From positions 4,030,001-4,094,000 of the forward strand of contig CATNEN010000039.1 of the NCBI GenBank assembly GCA_950097015.1: DNA of 64,000 bases, read 5' to 3'. This document shows, one piece after another, positions 13,336 through 23,100 of the stretch. Positions within the stretch are counted from its first letter, which is position 1; the number at the start of each line of letters is the position of its first letter. This DNA comes from Macrostomum hystrix. Its lineage: Eukaryota; Animalia; Platyhelminthes. A program made the translations under genes and the position numbers. The notes below the pieces were generated by a model that was not told where the DNA came from, made no database searches, and saw only the letters and a program-made list of their open reading frames with translations.

Positions 13336-13727
13336 GTATTTGTTCAAACATTTAGTTAAAATTTGGAAATACTGTGCCTTGTGTTTTGTAAATTCCAGTA
13401 AGTATTAAATATCTTCTGCAAGGCTGACTCACTCAATCGTGCCATTTCGCAATCATGCCAGAAGGCCCTAGCTAATAGTTTGTTGGAGTTTGTTATGAAT
13501 ATTTTCGGAATTTATCCAAATTTTCCAAAGCAAATCAAAAAAGTTTGTTTTTGATTCTTTGATGTAATTCGATCTTTACTAAATATGATTTCCTTTGTAA
13601 ATTATTGTATTTGTGATTGCAATTTTCTGTTTCTTGCTACATAATAGCTGATAATGAGCATTGTACAATAAAATCGACCTGATTTGCTCTTAGTTCTGAT
13701 CTTCTGTGCATCAGAACACCGCCACCA

Positions 13728-14150
13728 GCTTCCCACTGTCCCTGAGAATCCCGCTACCCCCTTCCCACTGTCCCTCAGGATACCGCTACCCCCTTCCCAC
13801 TGTCCCTCAGGATACCGCTACCCCCTTCCCACTGTCCTTCAGGATACCGCTAGCCCCTTCCCACTGTCCTTCAGGATACCGCTAGCCCCTTCCCACTGTC
13901 CTTCAGGATACCGCTACCCCCTTCCCACTGTCCCTCAGGATACCGCTACCCCCTTCCCACTGTCCTTCAGGATACCGCTACCCCCTTCCCACTGTCCTTC
14001 AGGATACCGCTACCCCCTTCCCAATGTGCCTCAGGATACCGCTACCCTCTTCCCACTGTCCCTCAGGATACCGCTACCCCCTTCCCACTGTCCTTCAGGA
14101 TACCGCTATCCCCTTCCCAGTGTGCCTCAGGATACCGCTACCCCCTTTCC
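13728..14150. repeat. 32-bp minisatellite (CTTCCCACTGTCCCTCAGGATACCGCTACCCC)
   Basis: About 13 tandem copies. Confidence 0.95.
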
Positions 14151-14589
14151 ATTTTTAATCCGGCTGAGCCAAATAAAATGCTTCCGTTAATTAAAAGAAA
14201 GTTATATTAATTTCAGTAGCTGATATTGATGAATAACTACAGCTTTTAAATGCGTTTTACTTAAATTTTTGTCATGGGATTTCTACACATAGCATTGTTG
14301 CTTTAACTGCTTCAAATCGAGTTAATCCCCAGCTTGGCCTGGCCTATTGGCTATTAATTCTATGTATTTATTATTGTAACACGCAATGCGGTGCATTAAA
14401 CGTTAGACAGCGTGCGTGTAACGCAAGTAGTCTATGGTAGAAACTCAACCGCGCTAAGCGTTTTCATCATGCGTGTAACGCATTTAGCGTGCGTCTAACG
14501 CTACAAGCACAAAAACAGTTTATTTCAAAAGTGGAACAGATGAAGCATACAACGTTAACAAGTTTTGAGCAAAAGTGTAGTGCCCATTT

Positions 14590-16137
14590 CTACCCATGAA
14601 AATTGCAATTGTAGACAGGCCCATGGAAATGGTACACGACAGATGGCCGGCGACTCTCTGGTGAATCAGCATTGTCCACTTCATTTATATTTAGTGACTG
14701 GCTCACCATCGTTGCTGCCTCGATCGTAGCCGCCTGCTGTACTGCTTGCACTACCACTCCAGTGGAAGGCGTCGTCCCCATGACGGCAGTTGCGGCTTGT
14801 CGGGCTTGAATGTCTTGCTGTCCACTATGAACTGCTGGTCGCTTCTCCGGACCATGTAGAGCGCTGGACAGACTTTTGGACATGCTGCGCATTTCGGCGT
14901 CTCGTCGACTTCCGAATCGGAGATACCTGTCCACAGTCCTAGTCTGCTTGTGGCCTGTGACTTTGCAAATGTCTGGCACGCTGTATCCAGCGTTCGCCAA
15001 CTCCTTCACTACTGTCGAACGGATGCAGTGCGCAGTGTACGTCTTGCTGAGACTGGCCTTCTTGGAAATTGTTGTTATCATCTGTCCCAACGTGTTAACA
15101 CCAACAGGCTTGCTAGCGTAGTACCACGACGAGGATTGCCAACTGGTAAGCTTCGGCTGTAGAAAAAATGCGGCTGGTTTTGGGGTACCAGAGCTGCTAC
15201 CAGGAATCGACTCGCCGCGCTTCCTCATGTAGAGCTTAAGGGCTTCCCCTGGGCATATGCTCCGGTCCGGCAATGCGCTCATGATAGCCTCCTTCACATC
15301 TTCGCAGGAATCACGGGTCAGATCATTTCCGACGTTCTTTATTTTGCCAGCGACGAAGTGTACCACCTCACAACCATCGGAGTCAATCTCAAACCGGAAG
15401 GACTCTTCACTAAGTGCTCGGCACCACTCCCGTCCTCTGTTTCCGAAATAGTACACGATGTTGTAAAACACCTCGTGCTGCAGGGACTCAGGCGAGCTCC
15501 GATCGAAGTAGCGAGAAAGACGCTCCAGATCTGTCGTCTCAATGGCCTGATAGTGTCCTGGGCGGCCTCCAGCGGCAATGAATGTACGTGCCATCGCCTT
15601 CAAAGTGCGGTTTGATTGAAGGAACTCGTCTCCAACTAGAATGTTGATGCGACGTGTGGTCATAAAATGGCGATGGATTGCAGCCCGAATGCAAATCAGT
15701 GTAGCTGGCGCGTAGAGTCCACCATCCCTCTTTCTCAGCGTTCCATAAAAGAAGCGCAAGATGCGGTCTAGCTCGTTAGGCGATGCAACCGACAGATCCT
15801 GCGGCAGTGACGAGTGAACACCCAAGAAGCGTCGCAAGCGTTGCATCCAATAATCCGTAGCTCGAACAACACTCTTGCATGTAGCATTGCCCTCCATCTC
15901 CGACACAATCTGCTCCAATTCCTCCGGCTGGGTCTCCTCCGTTGGTAGCTTCGAAAACAGAGCATCGAGAAAATCCACATCGGGACCAGTGGTACCATCA
16001 TCATGCAGCTTGTTCACCTCCAACTGGTCCAGTGCTTGGTCGATCTGTTGCTCAGTGAGCCCTGAGATGGCTCCATCAGGAAACTGAGCAAAATCAATAT
16101 AGCGAACTCACTTTGCAGGGCTATCTTCTTCCGACAT
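14590..16137 (-). CDS. Crypton/DUF3504-type tyrosine recombinase (515 codons from ATG 16137, with in-frame TGA at codon 10; open 16107-14590; next in-frame ATG at 15897)
   Basis: Motifs LRFFYGTLRKRDGGLYAPATLICIRAAIHRHF, YYFGNRGRE (Arg), ICPGEALKLY, WY..KPVGVNTLGQM, YTAHCIRST (HxxR) and ICKVTGHKQTRTVDRY (His..Tyr) are typical of Crypton/KCTD1/ZMYM-family YR domains. Confidence 0.88.
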
Positions 16138-16176
16138 ATTTATTCTTTGGGGAGTGTCCAATGTGATAAGTACACA

Positions 16177-16190
16177 GGCTTATATAAGCC
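16177..16190 (-). promoter_or_regulatory. Palindromic TATA box of the recombinase gene (GGCTTATATAAGCC)
   Basis: Perfect 14-bp palindrome containing TATATAA, about 40-50 nt upstream of ATG 16137, overlapping a CACAGGCTT that recurs just after it. Confidence 0.5.
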
Positions 16191-16301
16191 CCACAGGCTT
16201 GAGCGTGCATTTAACGCAAGTGTCTATGGCCCAGCTTGCATATTACAATATGCGCTTCGCGCACTCGTGCTAAGACCGTTAAAGCACTCAGCGGCGATAT
16301 A

Positions 16302-16563
16302 TTAATCCTACATTTAACTGGCCGAAGCCAGTCATTTAACGGCCTAGGCCGATTAAACATATAGTCAATGGTCACAGTTGCTGTAAACAGTTTTAGCAGT
16401 GCAATCTCGGGAGCCGGGCCAAGCTTTAGGATTAAATACTATAATACCTGAACTCGTTGTCTATGACCTAGGAACGGCTTCGGACTGCGCTTCTGGGCCT
16501 CGGCTTCGCCTTGGCCAAGAAACGCGTCCTCAGCCGTGAACGAAATCAGGGGGGTATTATTCT
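16302..16563. other. Two short inverted-repeat-bounded hairpin modules (16302-16435 and 16441-16560), possibly non-autonomous Crypton-like units
   Basis: TTAATCCTA...TAGGATTAA and ATAATACC...GGTATTAT ends. Internal hairpins ACTGGC-CGAA-GCCAGT, CGGCCTAGGCCG and a long stem centred on GGC-TTC-GCC. Confidence 0.5.
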
Positions 16564-16797
16564 ATACTTCCTTGCTGACGTCTCAACTCCCCCACTCTCA
16601 CCCACAGAACTTAGGTAAGCATCCACTCTCATATTATATTTTTTCGACTAGTTGCAACTCCTTATCGGTAACCAAAATAAACGTCTATGGCATTTCACAC
16701 TCTAGTGGCAAAAAGGCAAATCGCTGGGCTGAAGGAACTGATAAAGGAATTAATTGGTTTGAAACGTATCGAGCGAAAAAACTAAATCGGCACGTCC

Positions 16798-17142
16798 ATG
16801 AAATTTAACAAATCGTATGGCGCCCCATCCGAAGAATCAAATAGTTGCTCAATGTTAACCGAGGTGCGGCTCTTGTGGCTGCTAAACTTGTACACCCTGC
16901 TGACCTTCGTGTACACCTGCGCCTTCCTCATCGTCTGCAAGACTGTCAACAGTCGTCACGATGCGCAAGTTGCTGCCATGGCCAAAGTGTTGCGCAACGC
17001 CAAGCCCACAGACACGGTGTGGAAGACGGAGGAGAGAGCCGTGGCTGCAGCCAGGGCCTTCGCCGGCCGCGAGCTTCCAGGAGTTGTCAAACAACCCGCA
17101 CCGATGCTGGACACGCTGAGTTCGCTGCAGATGCTGCCTTGA
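16798..17142 (+). CDS. Small hypothetical protein with one predicted transmembrane helix (114 aa; alternative start 16852)
   Basis: GC-rich codon usage like neighbouring exons; hydrophobic stretch LLWLLNLYTLLTFVYTCAFLIVC. No family recognised. Confidence 0.45.
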   Translation: MKFNKSYGAPSEESNSCSMLTEVRLLWLLNLYTLLTFVYTCAFLIVCKTVNSRHDAQVAAMAKVLRNAKPTDTVWKTEERAVAAARAFAGRELPGVVKQPAPMLDTLSSLQMLP

Positions 17143-17559
17143 CAGAGTCCGACTAGGAGGCCTAGCAATTATTTACGTAATTGGCCAATCAATTGTTCAT
17201 TACAATGTCGTTTCTAAGTGTTCTGTTTCTGTTGCAAGTTAAAAACGCAGGTCGTTTGTGAATTAGACATATTGATGGACAAAGATTTAGATTTAACTTA
17301 ATCTCCTAAGCAGGCTGATCCTGTATAGACCACATGATATTTAGACACGTGTGACATCAATCACGTGTCATGTGATGTCCAAGTGTTTGAAAAAGGAATG
17401 TGTTTACAGGCAGACATTTGTTAGTTATTGATAGACAACTCTCGTGTGCAGATTTTCGGAAAATTATTTAACACATTTTCGATTTAGCTTATTGCAAATA
17501 GGTACGATCGATAATGGACCTACTCAAGTTCGATATTATAGATCTACCCTAGCTAGATA

Positions 17560-19610
17560 AAATGGACCTATTCTAGCTAGATACTGTAGACCTACTCTAG
17601 CTGGATACTGTACTCGTAGACCTACTCTAGCTGGATACTGTACTCGTATAGACCTACTCTAGCTGGATACTGTACTCGTAGACCTACTCTGGCTGGATAC
17701 TGAAGACCTACTCTAGCTGGATACTGTACTCGTATAGACCTACTCTAGCTCTCTAGCTGGATACTGAAGACCTACTCTAGCTCTCTAGCTGGATACTGAA
17801 GACCTACTCTAGCTGGATACTGTAGACCTATTCTACCTGGATACTGTAGACCTACTCTAGCTAGATAATATAGACCTACTCTAGCTGGATACTGTAGACC
17901 TACTCCTAGCTAAATAATATAGACCTACTCTAGCTGGATACTGAAGACCTACTCTAGCTGGATACTGAAGACCTATTCTACCTGGATACTGTAGACCTAC
18001 TCTAGCTAGATAAAATATAGACCTACTCTAGCTGGATACTGAAGACCTACTCTAGCTGGATACTGTTGACCTACTCTAGCTAAACAATATAGACCTACTC
18101 TAGCTAGATAAAATATAGACCTACTCTAGCTGGATACTGTAGACCTACTCTAGCTGGATACTGTAGACCTACTCCTAGCTAAACAATATAGACCTACTCT
18201 AGCTGGATACTGAAGACCTACTCTAGCTGGATACTGAAGACCTATTCTACCTGGATACTGTAGACCTACTCTAGCTAGATAATATAGACCTACTCTAGCT
18301 GGATACTGTAGACCTACTCTAGCTGGATACTGTAGACCTACTCTAGCTGGATACTGTAGACCTACTCTAGCTAGATAATATAGACCTACTCTAGCTGGAT
18401 ACTGTAGACCTACTCTAGCTGGATACTGTAGACCTACTCTAGCTGGATACTGTAGACCTACTCCTAGCTAAACAATATAGACCTACTCTAGCTGGATACT
18501 GAAGACCTACTCTAGCTGGATACTGTAGACCTATTCTACCTGGATACTGTAGACCTACTCTAGCTAGATAATATAGACCTACTCTAGCTGGATACTGAAG
18601 ACCTACTCTAGCTGGATACTGAAGACCTACTCTAGCTGGATACTGTAGACCTACTCTAGCTGGATACTGAAGACCTACTCTAGCTGGATACTGTAGACCT
18701 ATTCTACCTGGATACTGTAGACCTACTCTAGCTAGATAATATAGACCTACTCTAGCTGGATACTGAAGACCTACTCTAGCTGGATACTGAAGACCTACTC
18801 TAGCTGGATAATATAGACCTACTCTAGCTGGATACTGAAGACCTACTCTAGCTGGATAATATAGACCTACTCTAGCTGGATACTGAAGACCTACTCTAGC
18901 TGGATACTGAAGACCTACTCTAGGTGAATACTGTAGACCTACTCTAGCTAAATAATATAGACCTACTCTAGCTGGATACTGTAGACCTACTCTAGCTGGA
19001 TACTGAAGACCTACTCTAGCTGGATAATATAGACCTACTCTAGCTGGATACTGAAGACCTACTCTAGCTGGATAATATAGACCTACTCTAGCTAGATAAT
19101 ATAGACCTACTCTAGCTAAATAATATAGACCTACTCTAGCTAGATAATATAGACCTACTCTAGCTGGATACTGAAGACCTACTCTAGCTGGATACTGAAG
19201 ACCTACTCTAGCTGGATAATATAGACCTACTCTAGCTGGATACTGAAGACCTACTCTAGCTGGATACTGAAGACCTACTCTAGGTGAATACTGTAGACCT
19301 ACTCTAGCTAAATAATATAGACCTACTCTAGCTGGATACTGAAGACCTACTCTAGCTGGATACTGAAGACCTACTCTAGCTGGATAATATAGACCTACTC
19401 TAGCTGGATACTGAAGACCTACTCTAGCTGGATACTGAAGACCTACTCTAGGTGAATACTGTAGACCTACTCTAGCTAAATAATATAGACCTACTCTAGC
19501 TGGATACTGAAGACCTACTCTAGCTGGATAATATAGACCTACTCTAGCTGGATACTGAAGACCTACTCTAGCTGGATACTGAAGACCTACTCTAGGTGAA
19601 TACTGAAGAT
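17560..19610. repeat. 24-bp minisatellite (GACCTACTCTAGCTGGATACTG[T/A]A) with variant units
   Basis: About 2 kb tandem array upstream of DUR3. Confidence 0.97.
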
Positions 19611-20181
19611 GCTTCGACTCTAGCTAGAAGCAAAACGGATGCACGGCCAAAGCTACTAACAAACGGAAAATCTACAATTCGCATTTATCTAATACTCAAT
19701 CTTGAAATTGTGCTCCAATCTCACTGGGGCGATCAGTGTATGTCACCCTTGCCGAATGGCTCGAAAATCATATTTAAACAAAATAAGCACAGCTGCATTG
19801 ATTAATTATAACAAAAAAGACGTTGAGATTTAAAAAGACAACCAGACCATCCATCAAAGAGTGTTAATTAGTTGAAACAAAGGAGTTACAACCTCAGTGA
19901 AAGAAACATCGTCAAGATTTGAGAATTATCTAACCAGTACGTGCTCGAGAGCCAAACTTGTGGGATAAAACTCGAATTCAATCCGATGCAGGCTGGCTGT
20001 TTGTTTTAATTAGCTCACACAAAATATCGCATTTTGGCTATTTGAGAACGTTCTTAAGATCCCACTCAGCAGATATCCCAACGCAGGGATGATTAATGTT
20101 CGGCGGACTGCTCGCTCACGTGTATAAAACCTGGGATTTGATCCCGTCTCATCGTTGCTGTTTTGAAGGGCCACCGAAGCA

Positions 20182-23100
20182 ATGGCGTCGGTGCGAATTT
20201 TGGACACCGAAGAATGTCGGCCGACCGTCAACTCCAGCGAGATCCGCGTCGGCATTGTGCCATCAGTGCTGCGCTATGAGGCCTGGTTCATCTTCATCTT
20301 CTTGGCGGTGTTTGCGTTCGGCCTGGCGAATACCTTCAACTTCCTGCGCCGCTACATCTACAAGGACAATGTGAGAGACCTGCGCTTTGAAGGGTGATCT
20401 CCTATGGGTATTGGGGTTTTGAAAGCTGATGTTTACTTGGGTATTGGGGTTTTGAATGCTGATCTGAATGAGTTTTGAAGTCTACCCATGTTTTTGGCTG
20501 ATCTAGCCACCTGTGAGTTTTGAAGGCTGATCTGCCTGTGAGTTTTGAAGGCTGATCTGCCTGTGAGTTTTGAAGGCTGATCTGCCTGTGAGTTTTGAAG
20601 GCTGATCTGCCTGTGAGTTTTGAAGGCTGATCTGCCTGTGAGTTTTGAAGGCTGATCTGCCTGTGAGTTTTGAAGGCTGATCTGCCTGTGAGTTTTGAAG
20701 GCTGATCTACCTGTGAGTTTTGAAGGCTGATCTACCTGTGAGTTTCGAAGGCTGATCTGCCTGTGAGTTTCGAAGGCTGATCTGCCTGTGAGTTTTGAAG
20801 GCTGATCTACCTGTGGGATTTTTAAGGCTTGATCTAAATAAGGTTTTTGGAGGTTTTTAAGGGCTTTTAAACGCTAATATAGCGGTATCGACATCGGACC
20901 AAAGTGTCCTTTTTAATCCTCTCATTATTTAGCTTTGTCAACTCGTAAATACTAATCCCAATAACAACAAATGCCCCAGAGTCTGCGTTCATTCGTAACA
21001 CTAGAACACCGCTGCGAAACCGGACAAATTGAATGCCGATGCGATTGGGCGGATTTCAATAATCTGATCTCTGCTAGTCTAGCATCCGGCCCATTGTTCT
21101 TTGTTATCGGATGAACGCAGTGCGGGGCAGCGAGCAACCTGATCATGCAGTTTTATTGAATTTACTGTCACTTTTTCTATTTTCCCGGTAATTATCAGAA
21201 TACAGATTTTTCGATCTGTTTGGCAGAGATTAACTACCTCTTAGATAATGATTAGCTATCTGTTAGACAAAGATTAGCTACCTGTTAGACAAAGATTAGC
21301 TACCTGTTAGACAAAGATTAGCTACCTGTAAGAAAATGATTAGCTACCTGTTAGAAAATGATTAGCTACCTGTTAGACAAAGATTAGCTACCTGTTAGAC
21401 ATGGATTTTCTACATGTTACTCTGTAATTTTATTTCTGTTAGATAGACTTTATCTACCTACCCGTATTTGACAAGGATTATCTACATGTTTGACAGAGAT
21501 GACAGTCTGTTTCAAACTAAGGAACCAGTTCTATGGCTAAACCCCGCCAGGACATTCTGGACGCAACATTCGATGCCGGTGGCAAAGTCAGCATCGGCCT
21601 GACTGCCACCACCATCGTGTCGCAATGGACCTGGGCTGCCACCCTGCTGCAATCTTCGTCTATCGCTAGCAAGGTCAGTTATGACTTTATGATCTCATCT
21701 CTCGTTGGGATCATATCTTTAGTTGGGATCTAATCTCTCGTTGGGATCTCATCTCTCGTTGGGATCATATCTCTAGTTGGGATCTAATCTCTCGTTGGGA
21801 TCTCATCTCTCGTTGGGATCTCATCTCTCGTTGGGGTTTCATCTCTCTTTGGGATCTCATCTCTCGTTGGGATCTCATCTCTCGTTGGGATCTCATCTCT
21901 CGTTGGGATCTCATCTCTCGTTGGGATCATATCTCTAGTTGGGATCTAATCTCTCGTTGGGATCTCATCTCTCGTTGGGGTTTCATCTCTCTTTGGGATC
22001 TCATCTCTCCTTGGGATCTCATCTCTCGTTGGGATCTCATCTCTCGTTGGGATCTCATCTCTCGTTGGGATCATATCTCTAGTTGGGATCTAATCTCTCG
22101 TTGGGATCTCATCTCTCGTTGGGATCTCATCTCTCGTTGGGGTTTCATCTCTCTTTGGGATCTCATCTCTCCTTGGGATCTCATCTCTCGTTGGGATCTC
22201 ATCTCTCGTTGGGATCTCATCTCTCGTTGGGATCTCATCTCTTGATTATATCTCATCTCTCGTTGTTATATCTCATCTCTCGTTGGGATCTCTTAATGGG
22301 ATCTCCTCTCTCCTTGGGATCTCATCTCTTGATTATATCTCATCTCTCGTTGGGACCTTATCTTTCGTTGGGATCTCATCTCTCGTTGGGATCTCCTCTC
22401 TCTTTGGGATCTCATCTCTTGATTAGATCTCATCTCTATTTGGGATCTCATCTCTCGTTGGGATCTCATCTCTCGTTGGGATCTCATCTCTCGTTGGGAT
22501 CTCATCTCTCGTTGGGATCTCATCTCTCGTTGGGATCTCATCTCTCGTTGGGATCTCATCTCTCGTTGGGATCTCATCTCTTGATTATATCTCATCTCTC
22601 GTTGTTATATCTCATCTCTCGTTGTTATATCTCATCTCTCGTTGGGATCTCATCTCTTAATGGGATCTCCTCTCTCCTTGGGATCTCATCTCTTGATTAG
22701 ATCTCATCTCTAGTTGGGATCTCATCTCTCGTTGGGATCTCATCTCTAAATGGGATCTCCTCTCTCGTTGGGATCTCATCTCTTGATTATATCTCATCTC
22801 TCGTTGGGATCTCATCACATGTAGGCCTTCTCTTCCGAAATAATTGTGGCCTCGCCGCGGATTCTAGTCTAGAAACTTTTGTGGGAGAGTCGCTACCGCT
22901 TTGAAAGTCGCCCCTCATCCTCTGCCACACCGATTGCAGTACGGCATCAGCGGGCCGTTCTGGTATGCCGCCGGCGGAACGCTGCAGATTCTGCTGTTTG
23001 CCATCATCTCCGTGCAGCTGAAAATCCGCGCCCCGGGAGCCAAGACCTTCCTGCAGCTGATTCAGGCTCGCTTCGACAAGACGACACACATTGTGTTCTG

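Larger units (their letters stand above)
14285..16303 (-). mobile_element. Crypton-type (tyrosine recombinase) DNA transposon; boundaries approximate
   Basis: Intronless YR ORF. Inverted pair TGCTTTAAC-N10-CGAGT (14299-14322) / ACTCG-N10-GTTAAAGCA (16263-16286). Inner inverted pair TATTGTAA (14372) / TTACAATA (16243). Subterminal hairpin TGCGC-TTC-GCGCA (16251-16263). Confidence 0.7.

Noticed and set aside
12112-13351. Repetitive ORFs (MTESETGGI / DYDRIRDWR); likewise those at 1464-2455, 22071-22700, 39351-40026, 50068-50979 and 62245-63985
   Set aside because: Artefacts of tandem repeats lying in introns or spacers.
14590-16023. Phage or bacterial integrase (prophage or contamination)
   Set aside because: Motifs match eukaryotic Crypton/DUF3504 YRs, it has a TATA box and NLS-like start, and it sits among spliced animal genes with no phage genes.
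16084-16111. 28-nt GT-AG intron that would remove the TGA in the recombinase gene
   Set aside because: Splicing AA|GTGAGT...CTCAG| shifts the frame relative to the YR ORF, and the intron is implausibly short.
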